In this document: in pieces, positions 26,623 to 37,206 of the stretch | Layout: each line of letters opens with the position of its first letter | How positions within the stretch are numbered: position 1 is the first letter of the stretch | Assembly: GCA_030629005.1 (NCBI GenBank) | Contig: DAOVPV010000006.1 | Coordinates: 3,472 to 67,471 of the forward strand | Direction of reading: 5' to 3' | DNA length: 64,000 bases | Origin: a bacterium | GTDB lineage: Bacteria; Babelota; Babeliae; Babelales; UASB340 | Notes under the pieces: model-generated | What the model saw: only the letters and a program-made list of their open reading frames with translations | What the model was told of the DNA's origin: nothing | Databases searched by the model: none | Program-made: the position numbers and the translations under genes

Positions 26623-28158
26623 TTATTTACTTTTATTATAATTCAAAACAAATTCAGCCAAAAGCCTTACGCCAGCGCCAGTAGCACCCTTGCCCAAATA
26701 ACTTATACCAGGAACACCATCTGCAGTTCCAGCAATATCTAAATGTGCATATTTTGACTTATCAACAAAGTTTTTCAAAAACCAAGCAGCTGTAATAGTT
26801 CCAGCTTTATATTTTGAAGAACCTGTGTTTGCAATATCAGCAACATCAGATTTAATAGCATCTTTAAAATCATCATCTAAAGGTAACGGCCAAACCCTAT
26901 CACCAGTCTCAAGGCCAACAGTCTGTAACTTTGCACCAATATCTTCATTCTTTGTCATAAGCCCTGTAAAAAAAGGTCCAAGAGCATAAAGACATGCACC
27001 GGTCAACGTTGCCGCATCAATAATAACTTCCGGATTATAAAATTTTTCTGCATAAGAAAGTGCATCAGCCAAAATTAATCTACCTTCCGCATCTGTATTT
27101 TTTATTTCTGCAGTTTTGCCATTTAAAAATGTAATAATGTCATCTTGTTTACAAGCTTTACCACTTGGCATATTTTCTACCAACGGTGTAATTGCAACAA
27201 CTTTAACATTTGGTTTTAGTTGAGCAATAATTTTCATAGCACCAAAAACAGCCGCAGAACCACACATATCATATTTCATGCCGGTCATATATTCTGCAGG
27301 CTTTAAACTTATTCCACCGGAATCAAATGTTACACCTTTACCAACAAGAGCAACTGTTGGAACATCTTTTTTATCAAAACCATATTCTAAAATAACAAAT
27401 TGAGGTTCCTCTTCTGAACCAGCACTTACGGCTAAAAAACCACCCATGCCTAGCTTTAAAGCTTCTTTGCGACCTAAAACTTTACATTCAAGATCATGTT
27501 CATCTGCCATAGCTTTTGCTTCTTGAGCTAGAGCTTTTGGTGTTAAATAGTTTGGAGGCAAATCAGCTAAATTTCTTGTAAAATTTGTTGCATTACCAAT
27601 TACAATACCTTCTTGTAAACCAAGAACATACGTTTGTTCGTTCTCTTCTCCTGGATAAATTAAAAGACTATTCGTAAAACCAGCTTTTTCTAATTTATCT
27701 GTTTTGAATTTTATAAATTCATAATCTGCCATAATAGCAGCAGTTACAACCTGTCTTACCAACCTGTCTTTTATAAGTCCAAATGGTTTATCATCTTGAG
27801 GAAGTTCCAACACAGCCGATTTTATTTCTAGCTCTTTTAATTTTAAAACAACCGTGCCAACCGTACGTCTTAAATTTTCAAGCTCATAGTTCCAGGTTGT
27901 ATCAAGTTTACCTAAACCTGCAAATATAAACTGAATAAGTTTTCCATCTTGATTTGCAGTCAAAACAAAAATATCACCTTTTCTACCCATAAATTTATGT
28001 TTAGCCAAAACATCTCTTAAATTTGGATAAAAATCTTTTTCTATTTTCTCAAAATTTGTATCAAGACCAATAGAATAAAGTCCCTCTTTTAACAAAAAGA
28101 CATAACCCTCTACATCATTTTGCCAAAAACTTTTCTCTGTAATTTGTATATTTAACAT
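26623..28158 (-). CDS. pepA: leucyl aminopeptidase (M17)
   Basis: NTDAEGRLILADAL, VGKGVTFDSGG and the rest of the M17 catalytic-domain signature are present. Confidence 0.95.
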   Translation of the reverse strand: MLNIQITEKSFWQNDVEGYVFLLKEGLYSIGLDTNFEKIEKDFYPNLRDVLAKHKFMGRKGDIFVLTANQDGKLIQFIFAGLGKLDTTWNYELENLRRTVGTVVLKLKELEIKSAVLELPQDDKPFGLIKDRLVRQVVTAAIMADYEFIKFKTDKLEKAGFTNSLLIYPGEENEQTYVLGLQEGIVIGNATNFTRNLADLPPNYLTPKALAQEAKAMADEHDLECKVLGRKEALKLGMGGFLAVSAGSEEEPQFVILEYGFDKKDVPTVALVGKGVTFDSGGISLKPAEYMTGMKYDMCGSAAVFGAMKIIAQLKPNVKVVAITPLVENMPSGKACKQDDIITFLNGKTAEIKNTDAEGRLILADALSYAEKFYNPEVIIDAATLTGACLYALGPFFTGLMTKNEDIGAKLQTVGLETGDRVWPLPLDDDFKDAIKSDVADIANTGSSKYKAGTITAAWFLKNFVDKSKYAHLDIAGTADGVPGISYLGKGATGAGVRLLAEFVLNYNKSK

Positions 28159-28183
28159 AGCAAGAATCCTTATTTTTTTATAA

Positions 28184-28294
28184 GGACTAGATCCCGCATC
28201 AAGTGCGGGATGACAACAAGAGCCTCGCTTAAATCTTATTCAAAGACCTTTTATTAACTTCGAACAATAATAGATCCAATCCAGAATCTAGTCC
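28184..28294. repeat. nested palindromic MITE-like element, copy 3 (degenerate right arm)
   Basis: The left arm is GGACTAGATCCCGCATCAAGTGCGGGATGACA, with the hairpin CCCGCA-TCAAG-TGCGGG. The termini GGACTAGAT / ATCTAGTCC form a 9-bp inverted repeat. It is intergenic between sufU and pepA. Confidence 0.7.
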
Positions 28295-28313
28295 TATTTA
28301 TTTCAAATATCAC

Positions 28314-28679
28314 TTATCTTTTCAAACTACTTTTTAAAGCCTCTAAAGACAGTAAAGCACATTTTATTCTATTTGGCCCCAATGGAATGCCAACCATCTT
28401 TAAAATATCATCTTTATCTAATTTTAATACTTCATCAACCGTTTTGCCAATACAACTTTGCAAAAGCATTGATGCTGCAGCCTGACTAACAACACATCCG
28501 GAACCATCAAATCCCAATTCTTTTATTTTATCACCGTCCAACTTGCCTTCTATTAAAATACTATCGCCACAAGAGGGATTTTGTTGCCCTGAGAAAAAAT
28601 CAGGATTTTTTATCTTTTTTTTATTTCTCGGATTCTTGTAATGATCCATTAATTTTTCTTGATAAATATCAACACTCAT
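28314..28679 (-). CDS. sufU: SufU/IscU-type Fe-S cluster scaffold
   Basis: YKNPRN...NPSCGD...GSGCVVSQAAASML is the NifU N-terminal domain pattern. Confidence 0.9.
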   Translation of the reverse strand: MSVDIYQEKLMDHYKNPRNKKKIKNPDFFSGQQNPSCGDSILIEGKLDGDKIKELGFDGSGCVVSQAAASMLLQSCIGKTVDEVLKLDKDDILKMVGIPLGPNRIKCALLSLEALKSSLKR

Positions 28680-28681
28680 TT

Positions 28682-29917
28682 TTAAGCCCTAAAAAATTTT
28701 ATAGTCTCTCTTAGTTTTTCTAAAAAATATTTTACATCATCTTTAGTATTATAAATATAAAAACTAACACGGACACTGGACTTAATTCCTAAAATATCGG
28801 CCAATGGTTGTGCACAATGGTGCCCACTTCTTACCGCAATGTTTTGCTGCCCCAAAAAACCACTGATGTCATGTGCATGAATATCTGGTAAAGAAAAACT
28901 TACTAAGTGCCCTGTTTTTTTTAGCCGCTCTACGTTACCCCAAATTTTTATATCTTTTATTTTTAGCAAACCATCAATTAATTTACTACATAAATTTGCA
29001 GTATGTTTTTCTAATTCATTAAAATCAATATTATCATTTAAATATTTTACAGCAGCACCAAGTCCAACAACTTGAGCAATCGGAGGAGTTCCTGCTTCAA
29101 ATTTTTCTGGAGCCAGTTTCCAAATTGCATCATTAAAAGATGCCGCTTGCACCATAGAACCACCAACCTGATATGGTTCTATATTATCATGTAACTCTTT
29201 TTTTATAAAGAAAACGCCAATGCCAGTAGGCCCTAACATTTTATGTCCGGATAGAACTAAAAAATCTACATTTAGTTTTTTTACATCAATTTTTTTACAC
29301 GGCGCCATTTGCGATGCATCTAACAAAACTTTTGCTCCAACAGAATGAGCTTTGTCGATGAATTGTTGTAGACTATTATCTAGCCAAATATCACTTAAAA
29401 CATTAGAGTTACCCGATACTGTTAACAATTTTATTTTTGAATTCCAAAAATCATTATCATCTAAATTATTTTTAATAAAGAAACTATCTGTATCAACTTC
29501 TAAAAAATTTAACCGTGCATTATTTCTTTTTGCCACTCGTTGCCAAGGTAAAAAATTTGCATGATGCTCTACTTGCGTTGTAACAATAAAATCACCTTTT
29601 AAAACATTTTGCCGCGCCCAAGCATCTGCTACAAAATTAATACCTTCTGTCGTTCCTGATGTAAAAATAATTTCTTCAGGCTCTGCGCTCAAAAACTTTG
29701 CAATGTCAATTCTTGCCTGTTCGTACAAAGACGTAGAAGCTTCACCTAACTCATGAATAGATCTATGAACGTTAGAATTATATTTTTCATAAAAATCTAC
29801 AATGGATTGAATTACAACTTTAGGTTTTTGAGTTGTTGCGGCACTATCTAAATAAACTAAGCCTTTATTCTTTTCAAATATAGGAAAATCCTTTTTTATT
29901 TTTTTTGCATCAAACAT
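28682..29917 (-). CDS. sufS: cysteine desulfurase SufS (class V aminotransferase)
   Basis: SGHKMLGPTGIG carries the PLP lysine, and RSGHHCAQPL carries the catalytic Cys loop. I placed the start at the internal Met (MFDAKKIKKDFPIF), which matches the usual SufS N-terminus. The ORF is open back to 29950. Confidence 0.9.
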   Translation of the reverse strand: MFDAKKIKKDFPIFEKNKGLVYLDSAATTQKPKVVIQSIVDFYEKYNSNVHRSIHELGEASTSLYEQARIDIAKFLSAEPEEIIFTSGTTEGINFVADAWARQNVLKGDFIVTTQVEHHANFLPWQRVAKRNNARLNFLEVDTDSFFIKNNLDDNDFWNSKIKLLTVSGNSNVLSDIWLDNSLQQFIDKAHSVGAKVLLDASQMAPCKKIDVKKLNVDFLVLSGHKMLGPTGIGVFFIKKELHDNIEPYQVGGSMVQAASFNDAIWKLAPEKFEAGTPPIAQVVGLGAAVKYLNDNIDFNELEKHTANLCSKLIDGLLKIKDIKIWGNVERLKKTGHLVSFSLPDIHAHDISGFLGQQNIAVRSGHHCAQPLADILGIKSSVRVSFYIYNTKDDVKYFLEKLRETIKFFRA

Positions 29918-29934
29918 ATAAAACCTAAAAACAA

Positions 29935-30600
29935 CTAAAACATTGCACAATTACTACATGGGTTATCCCAAAAACTTACTTCTTTTTTATCTAATTCTAA
30001 AGAACTAAATTCTTTTAATTTCATAAGATATATAATAAACCAAATTAAACTTCTACAATCAAATAATTTTGCATAAAATAAAACATCGTTCTTAGCTTCA
30101 TCCTTGATGCTTGTCAACCAATTTGCTAGTTGAACATAACGGGTACCTAATTCATCTTTATCAAATATTGCATCTAAATTTAATTCGGCACCTCTTTCTA
30201 AAAGAAAAACCAAAACATCAAAATTAAAGTTTTTATTCATAATACAATGAAATAATGGAGTATGCCCAAAAATATTTGTTAAATTTATTTTAGCACCATT
30301 TTCAAATAAAAAAGAAACCAACCCATAAGAAGAGCTGGGAGATCTTAAAGCAGAAAAAATAGGCGTTTCCCCCCAGTCATCTATAGAGTTTAAATTTTGT
30401 AAAAATAAATCTTTTTGACAAGATAAACTTTTGGGTTCATCTAGATGGTAAATATCGTTTATAAAATCAACGGCTGGAAGAGATAAACAAAAGTAATGTA
30501 ATTGATTAGGCTTACCATCTAAACTTTCTTGCATAGCAATAAGATTAGAATTTAAAAATAGATTAATAATTAAAAAAAACAAATTAAAAAATAAACGCAT
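29935..30600 (-). CDS. secreted ankyrin-repeat protein
   Basis: An N-terminal signal-like segment is followed by ANK repeats (GETPIFSALRS...LFENGAKINLTNIFGHTPLFHCI...LLERGAELNL). Confidence 0.8.
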   Translation of the reverse strand: MRLFFNLFFLIINLFLNSNLIAMQESLDGKPNQLHYFCLSLPAVDFINDIYHLDEPKSLSCQKDLFLQNLNSIDDWGETPIFSALRSPSSSYGLVSFLFENGAKINLTNIFGHTPLFHCIMNKNFNFDVLVFLLERGAELNLDAIFDKDELGTRYVQLANWLTSIKDEAKNDVLFYAKLFDCRSLIWFIIYLMKLKEFSSLELDKKEVSFWDNPCSNCAMF

Positions 30601-30754
30601 AAAAGCCTCATAGATAAAAAAACATACATTTTAATATCAAAATGTGTGAAAAACATAATGAAAACCAATAAAAACACTTGCAAAAGTATATAAATATGCT
30701 ACAATTATTAAAAATAAAATAAAAAATATTAAAACACAAATAAGAAGGATTAAC

Positions 30755-31237
30755 ATGAAAAATATTAAACTATTGTTTGCAATGATATTTACAGCATTTT
30801 CTATAAATTCAAATACTAAGGCAATGATATCAACCAAACCATTTAATTTGAGTAAAGACTTTTTAAAAGAAACTGCTTTAGCAATATTAGAAAAGCCCGA
30901 AAAAAGAGAACAATTGTACGGCATGTTAACAGAACAAGAAAAAAAAGAACTATTAAGAGTCACAGTAATGTTCAATGTTAATGAAGCAATAAGTGAAGCA
31001 ATAAGTGAAACAACACCAAAAAACAGATTTGAAATACTTGACGGTGCACCCAAATCAGTATTGGCAAGTTTTGTAAAACAGGGACTAATAGAATTTTTAT
31101 TGCTAGAATTTGGAAGTGAAAATCCACGGCCCGGAAACAGATTCAATGGAACATTACCAGAAAGACTTATAGACAAATTAAACTCTACTAAAACATCAGA
31201 AAAAGACTCTATTGAAACATTAGAAAATATCTTTTGA
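30755..31237 (+). CDS. hypothetical secreted protein
   Basis: The signal peptide is MKNIKLLFAMIFTAFSINSNTKA. A 12-nt tandem duplication encodes EAISEAISE. I prefer it to the antisense ORF 30637-31176. Confidence 0.6.
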   Translation: MKNIKLLFAMIFTAFSINSNTKAMISTKPFNLSKDFLKETALAILEKPEKREQLYGMLTEQEKKELLRVTVMFNVNEAISEAISETTPKNRFEILDGAPKSVLASFVKQGLIEFLLLEFGSENPRPGNRFNGTLPERLIDKLNSTKTSEKDSIETLENIF

Positions 31238-31245
31238 TGTTTTTA

Positions 31246-33207
31246 TTAAAATAATCGCGTTCCATTTTCAATTTTACCTGCAACTGTTACCATCTGCATA
31301 TTACCTTTTTTATCTTTTGCAAAAAGCATCATGCCTTGAGATTCTAAACCCATCATTTTTCGTGGTTTTAGGTTTTCAACATAAACACCCTGTTTGCCAA
31401 TAAGATCTTCTGGCTTAAAATATTTGGCAACTCCAGAAAGTATTTGTCTTTTTCCCAAGACCCCCATATCAACTACAGATTTTAGCATTTTTTCTGAACC
31501 TTTAACAGGCTCACATTCCAAAATAGTACCAACAATTAATTTTACTTTTATAACATCATCTATTTTTATAAATTCTGATTTTTCTTCTACTTGTTTATTT
31601 TCGCTTTTACTCTCTGTTGTTTCACTTTTAGAAAGAACATCTGGTCTTATAAATAAAGGTTCACTAAGTTTTTTAAGCGTAAACGTTTTATTCCAAACAT
31701 TTTTTCTTAAATCATCTTCATAATTATTTTCAAGATCAAATTTATGCCCAATAGCACTTAACAACTCTTGAGATTTTTTTGGCATTATAGGCCAAACTAA
31801 AACACCAATGGTATACAAGCTATGTAATACTGCATAAATAACTTCGACAAACATCTCCTTATCTTTTTTTGCTAAAACCCATGGCTGTTGATCATGAAAA
31901 AATGCATTCACTTCAGAAATGAACTTCCAAAGTTCAGATAAGGCAACGTGAAATTGATAATGATTCATATCATCCCAAAAAATTCTAAACGCATCTTCAC
32001 ATTTTTCTTTTAATGCCATTGTTTTAGGCTCAAGTGCAGCTGGTGCTGTAACTTGAGTTAAACCATTGTTAATAGCCAAAGTTAAAGTTCTATTTAAAAG
32101 ATTTCCTAAGTTATTTGCCAAATCAGAAGTAATTCGTGCTTCCAAATCTTTTAAATCAAAGTGACCATCTTGAGTAATAGACATTTGTCTTAACAGATAA
32201 TATCTAAGTTGCTCTACACCATATAACTTTGCAATATCATTTGGGTCTGCCACATTACCCAAAGACTTAGACATCTTTGCACCATTAGTAAGAATATATC
32301 CATGCACCAATAATTTTTTCGGCAATGATATTTCTGCTGACATCAAAAATGCAAGCCAATAAACAGCATGAAAACGAACTATGTCTTTTGCCATTACATG
32401 CAAATCTGCAGGCCAAAATTTATTAAAGTTTTCTAAATCTTTTTTATCATTTGAACCATAGCCAATAGCACTAATATAATTTGTTAACGCATCTGACCAA
32501 ACATATGCTGTGTGGTTTTTGTCCCATGGCAATGGAATGCCCCATTTAACCTTTTTTCTAGAAATACTTAGATCTTTAAGACCCGATTTCACAAAAGAAA
32601 CAACTTCGTTCAACTTTTCTTTTGGAACAATAAAGTTTGGATTTTTTTCATAAAATTCTAAAAGCTTATCCTCATAAGCTGAAAGTCTAAAAAAATAACT
32701 TTCTTCTTCTAACTCTTTTAACTCTCTAGAACAAGATGGACAAACGTATTTACCATCTTTATCTTTTGGAGTTTCTGAATTTGTTGTTACATAAGTTTCG
32801 CACGGCACACAATACCAGCCTGAATATGTCGATTTATAAATATCATCATTTTCATAAAGAGTATTCAAAAGTTTTACAACAGCCTGTTCATGCTCTTTGT
32901 CTGTAGTACGAACAAACTTATCGTAATCGAATTCAAAATTTTCCCAAGTTTTTTTAAACTCAGGAATCATTTCATCTACAAATTCTTTAGGCAATTTATT
33001 ATTTTGTATAGCAGCCTCTTCTATCTTCTGACCATGTTCATCTGTACCTGTTAAAAAGCAAGTATCTTTACCCAAAAGCTTATTCCAACGGCTAACCACA
33101 TCGGCAATAAGAGTAGAATAAAGGGTTCCTAAATGGGGCTTACTGTTTACATAATAAATAGGAGTTGTAACATAAAATTTATTATTCTTATTCATAATTT
33201 TTTCCAA
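31246..33207 (-). CDS. metG: methionyl-tRNA synthetase with C-terminal tRNA-binding domain
   Basis: The HLGT (HIGH) and KMSKS motifs, CPxC zinc knuckles and a C-terminal Trbp111/EMAP-like domain are present. Confidence 0.95.
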   Translation of the reverse strand: MEKIMNKNNKFYVTTPIYYVNSKPHLGTLYSTLIADVVSRWNKLLGKDTCFLTGTDEHGQKIEEAAIQNNKLPKEFVDEMIPEFKKTWENFEFDYDKFVRTTDKEHEQAVVKLLNTLYENDDIYKSTYSGWYCVPCETYVTTNSETPKDKDGKYVCPSCSRELKELEEESYFFRLSAYEDKLLEFYEKNPNFIVPKEKLNEVVSFVKSGLKDLSISRKKVKWGIPLPWDKNHTAYVWSDALTNYISAIGYGSNDKKDLENFNKFWPADLHVMAKDIVRFHAVYWLAFLMSAEISLPKKLLVHGYILTNGAKMSKSLGNVADPNDIAKLYGVEQLRYYLLRQMSITQDGHFDLKDLEARITSDLANNLGNLLNRTLTLAINNGLTQVTAPAALEPKTMALKEKCEDAFRIFWDDMNHYQFHVALSELWKFISEVNAFFHDQQPWVLAKKDKEMFVEVIYAVLHSLYTIGVLVWPIMPKKSQELLSAIGHKFDLENNYEDDLRKNVWNKTFTLKKLSEPLFIRPDVLSKSETTESKSENKQVEEKSEFIKIDDVIKVKLIVGTILECEPVKGSEKMLKSVVDMGVLGKRQILSGVAKYFKPEDLIGKQGVYVENLKPRKMMGLESQGMMLFAKDKKGNMQMVTVAGKIENGTRLF

Positions 33208-34410
33208 CTATTTAATCCATTTTAAAAATCTATTCCAACGAACAGACTTCATCCAAAAGTCTATAGGATGTTTTAGTAATTCAAAAATCCACAATACTTC
33301 TTCACTATCCACAGAATAAATAATAAAACTAGCCCTACCATGAATTAAACTTTCATCGAGTAATCCCCAGAATCGACTATCTTCACTATTCTTTCTACTG
33401 TCACCCATAACCCAATACTTACCTTCAGGTATTCTTATTGGACCAAAATTATCAACACTTCCTTCAATGTCACCGGTATTATAGTCATAAATATAACTTG
33501 GAGAATATGCATATTTTAATATTAAATTATTATCAACATCTCTTCTTACATCCTTATTGCTCATACTATAAAATGGTTGGTCATCAAAAGATTTAGAAAA
33601 ATCGTATGTATAAAAAACAAGTTTTTTACAATTAACTAAAAAGCTTGGAATAGAAAACATACCAATATGATTAAACGGCAAAAAACCAACACTCTTCTTT
33701 AAACAAATTAAAGGATAAGGATTTACATGTCCCGTTTCATTTATTTTTTTCCCATTTCTATATATTACAGTTTTATCATCTTCTATCCTACCCTCTATTA
33801 CATCACCAGGTATAGCAACAACCCTCTTTACCCAATTGTCTGGACCTACGCCTAAACCTAATAATGGAATAGGAAAACCTACATATTTTTGCCAAAAAGA
33901 ATTTAGCAAGCTCGATTTGTCATAAATGAATTTAGGATTATCAAAAATAACAGAATCACCCTGTTTAATTTTATTAAAGTAATAAATCATTTTATTACCC
34001 CAAAGCCTATCACCAACCAATATCGTTGGTTCAGCAGACCCTGTTGGCACATGATATAAACCAAATATATATGTACGAATTATAAAAACCAAAGACCCTG
34101 CAAATATAACTGCCTCTAGCCACTGTCTCCAAACTGGCTTTGTAACATCATGTAACTTTTTAAATGATTTAGATAAATCTTTTATTTTTTTACGAACAAC
34201 TCTCAAATTAGGTTGACCTTCTACAGTTGAAGCTAAACTTTCTGTTATATCTTTTAATGATGCCTCTACCCTATCGTACAAATCATTCACACTTTTATGC
34301 AGACTCAAATCACGTTTAAAAGCTAATTTTTCTATAACTCTTTTATAAAAACTTTTTCTTTTAATAAATTTTTTATTAATTAAATCAAATTTCTCTCTCA
34401 ATTTATTCAT
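33208..34410 (-). CDS. lepB: signal peptidase I with long N-terminal extension
   Basis: GSAEPT carries the Ser box, VKRVVAIPGD the Lys box, and GDSRKNSEDSRFWG is also present. About 100 aa precede the TM anchor. The stop codon abuts the metG start. Confidence 0.9.
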   Translation of the reverse strand: MNKLREKFDLINKKFIKRKSFYKRVIEKLAFKRDLSLHKSVNDLYDRVEASLKDITESLASTVEGQPNLRVVRKKIKDLSKSFKKLHDVTKPVWRQWLEAVIFAGSLVFIIRTYIFGLYHVPTGSAEPTILVGDRLWGNKMIYYFNKIKQGDSVIFDNPKFIYDKSSLLNSFWQKYVGFPIPLLGLGVGPDNWVKRVVAIPGDVIEGRIEDDKTVIYRNGKKINETGHVNPYPLICLKKSVGFLPFNHIGMFSIPSFLVNCKKLVFYTYDFSKSFDDQPFYSMSNKDVRRDVDNNLILKYAYSPSYIYDYNTGDIEGSVDNFGPIRIPEGKYWVMGDSRKNSEDSRFWGLLDESLIHGRASFIIYSVDSEEVLWIFELLKHPIDFWMKSVRWNRFLKWIK

Positions 34411-34424
34411 TTAATACCTTTGTT

Positions 34425-35534
34425 TTATTTTTTAGATAATTGAACTTCTAACCATAAATCATTAATTTTCTTTTCATCCAATCTATTGTGTAATAAATAT
34501 AGATGTTTGAACATTTTATTGTTCGGAAAAAAGTTTTTATTTTTTGAAAACTTTTTCTGCAACAGAGAATACGCTTCAATATTTGCAGGATTATATCCAA
34601 ACTCAGAACTGTTATAAGCAATAATATCTTTTGATATTAAAAAATCTATAAACTTATAAACCAAATCTATTTTATTACTGTATTTTGGAATCACTAAATT
34701 ATCTATTAATAATACTGTTCCTTTTTCGGGAACAACATATTCAAAATCATCACTAATTTCTAAAATTTTCTTTGCAAAAGCACTAGATGTTACAGCTATT
34801 GGTACAACTTCAGAAAGCAAATAGTACTGCAAACTTGCAAGCATATAGGCATCAACATACATACTTTGATTCACCAAAATATTTTTTATAGCCAGCAAAT
34901 CACTATCTGTTAAATTATCAACCCGCCCAAACAAGTTTATTGCCGATAAAAAAACCGCCTCTTTGGCATTATCAATCATACAAATTTTAAAATTTTTATA
35001 ATCACCAGAATTAAATACCAAATCCCAATTTACGTCACTTCTATTAAATTTATTTTTATTAAAAATAATGCCATCAGTCGACCAAAAATACGGTACCGAA
35101 TATTTATTAGTTGGATCAAAATAATATCCGGTTAACCTCTTATCTATATATTTAAAATTCAACAATTTTGTTACATCTATCTCAGATAAAAGATCATCTT
35201 TTATTAGAAGTTCAATAATATTATCCGATGCCGTAATTAAATCATAACCTTCACCACGACTAATTTTGATCTTTGCATAAAGTTCTTCATTTGTATCAAA
35301 ATATTTTAAATTTACTCTTATCCCTGTTTGTTTTTCAAACTCTTGGGCTGACTCCGGAGAAATCATATCTGTAAACGCGTAAACATTTATAACATTTTGT
35401 CGTTTAAAAAAAATATTTTTAATTGTCGGAAAATATAGAAACAATGCAAAAATTAAAACATAAAGTAAAACTATTATAATTTTTGCTAAGTACTTTTCCC
35501 AAAAATCTTTTTTATATCCATCACCATTATTCAT
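34425..35534 (-). CDS. potD: spermidine/putrescine ABC transporter substrate-binding protein
   Basis: It has an N-terminal anchor and PotD-like length, and it is the last gene of a potABCD-ordered operon. Confidence 0.8.
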   Translation of the reverse strand: MNNGDGYKKDFWEKYLAKIIIVLLYVLIFALFLYFPTIKNIFFKRQNVINVYAFTDMISPESAQEFEKQTGIRVNLKYFDTNEELYAKIKISRGEGYDLITASDNIIELLIKDDLLSEIDVTKLLNFKYIDKRLTGYYFDPTNKYSVPYFWSTDGIIFNKNKFNRSDVNWDLVFNSGDYKNFKICMIDNAKEAVFLSAINLFGRVDNLTDSDLLAIKNILVNQSMYVDAYMLASLQYYLLSEVVPIAVTSSAFAKKILEISDDFEYVVPEKGTVLLIDNLVIPKYSNKIDLVYKFIDFLISKDIIAYNSSEFGYNPANIEAYSLLQKKFSKNKNFFPNNKMFKHLYLLHNRLDEKKINDLWLEVQLSKK

Positions 35535-36333
35535 TAGAAATTACCTTATCTGCAACTTTAAAATATGATAATAATAAAACTAATATACTACTGATCAATA
35601 AAAGCAAGGTTGAAACGGCATTTATAGTCGGATCAACCCACGTTTTAATCATAGAATAAACATAAACAGATAAAGTTTGCACCGTAGGACTAGAGCAAAA
35701 AAATGAAATTAAAAAATCATCTAAAGACAACGTAAACACCAAAAGTCCCGCAGCAACTAATGCAGGAACTAAAAGCGGAAAAACAACTCTTAAAAAAGTA
35801 TATATATAGCCCGCACCTAAATCTAAAGAAGCTTCCGTTAACTCAGGATCCAACTCTTTAAATCTAGCCATTACTATAGGAATTACAAAACCTAAACCAA
35901 TAACAGTATGACCAACAATTAAGCTTCCATAACCTAAAGGAATATGTAAAAAAGAAAAAATACTGAGCACACTTACAGCCAAAATAATATCCGGCAAAAT
36001 AATACTTGCACTAAACAAATTAGATAAAAGCCCTATATTTATCCACCTAGTAGATATAACTAAAAGTGTTCCAAACAATAAACTTATAAAAGTAGACGAA
36101 AAGGCAACAATTAAGGATACAGATAATGACTCCCATATTTCCACAGACAAAAACAATTTGTAATACCACTTTAAACTAAATCCAGTCCACGTTATGGAAA
36201 CAGCAGATTCATTAAAAGAAAAAATAATTAAAACTAATATGGGCAAATACAAAAAAACATATGTAAATAACACTAACAGCGAGTTCAAATATTTTGCAAA
36301 AATTCTTTTACCTAAAACCATAAGCTCATCCAA
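35527..36333 (-). CDS. potC: spermidine/putrescine ABC transporter permease
   Basis: 6-TM permease carrying the EAA-loop (TEASLDLGAG). Confidence 0.85.
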   Translation of the reverse strand: MDELMVLGKRIFAKYLNSLLVLFTYVFLYLPILVLIIFSFNESAVSITWTGFSLKWYYKLFLSVEIWESLSVSLIVAFSSTFISLLFGTLLVISTRWINIGLLSNLFSASIILPDIILAVSVLSIFSFLHIPLGYGSLIVGHTVIGLGFVIPIVMARFKELDPELTEASLDLGAGYIYTFLRVVFPLLVPALVAAGLLVFTLSLDDFLISFFCSSPTVQTLSVYVYSMIKTWVDPTINAVSTLLLLISSILVLLLSYFKVADKVISNE

Positions 36334-36336
36334 AAA

Positions 36337-37200
36337 CTAAACGTTTGTTCTAAAAATTTTTTTTACTAAATGTAAAACAATCATTAGCAACAATAATCCA
36401 AACACTAATGATAAAATACCGACAACAGTTAATGCTGCACCTTCCTTCCAATCCCTAGCAAACAAAAACTTATCTACTATAACACTTCCCCAATAAATTT
36501 TCCTACCACCACCAAGTAGATCTGGCACAGCAAACTCACCAAACGTAGGGATAAAAACAAGCAAAAAACCTGTTCTAACACCAGAAAAGGATGTAGGAAA
36601 AATAATCCTTTTAAAAGTCTGAAATTTGTTTGCGCCCAAATCATATGATGCTTCTATTAAAGTTTTATCCATTTTTTCTAAAATTGTATAAATAGGAAAA
36701 ATCATAAACGGCAAAAAACAATACGCCATGCCAACCTGCACAGCAAAATAATTGTTTAAAAGATGTGCTGAATGAGATAATACTCCAATCTTTTGAAATA
36801 AATAGCTAAATAATCCACCCTTTTTTAAAAGAAAAAGCCAAGCATAAACTTGAACAATAAAACTCGTCCAAGATGGTAATATCAAAGAAAATAAAAATAA
36901 AGACTTATGCCTTCTTACCTTTAACGCTATAAAATAAGCAACCGGATAAGCCAAAAACAATGTGATAATAGAAGTATTTAAAGCCAAAAAGAATGACTTC
37001 ACCAAAACCTTGAAGTACAACGAATTCAAAATAGCTTTATAGACAGAAAAAGTTAATGGTATTGCATAACGAAAATCTAAAAAGCTATTTATTATTAAAA
37101 ATAACAGTGGAAAATATAAAAATAAAATTTGCCAAATAAACGCCGGAGCAACAAAAATAAACGGTAACTCATCATAAGAAAAAAAATTTGAAACTTTCAT
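36337..37200 (-). CDS. potB: spermidine/putrescine ABC transporter permease
   Basis: 6-TM permease carrying the EAA-loop (IEASYDLGAN). Confidence 0.85.
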   Translation of the reverse strand: MKVSNFFSYDELPFIFVAPAFIWQILFLYFPLLFLIINSFLDFRYAIPLTFSVYKAILNSLYFKVLVKSFFLALNTSIITLFLAYPVAYFIALKVRRHKSLFLFSLILPSWTSFIVQVYAWLFLLKKGGLFSYLFQKIGVLSHSAHLLNNYFAVQVGMAYCFLPFMIFPIYTILEKMDKTLIEASYDLGANKFQTFKRIIFPTSFSGVRTGFLLVFIPTFGEFAVPDLLGGGRKIYWGSVIVDKFLFARDWKEGAALTVVGILSLVFGLLLLMIVLHLVKKIFRTNV

Positions 37201-37206
37201 AATTTA

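Noticed and set aside
30637-31176. 179-aa ORF on the - strand.
   Set aside because: It is antisense to the signal-peptide ORF 30755-31237. It has no RBS and a hydrophobic low-complexity translation.
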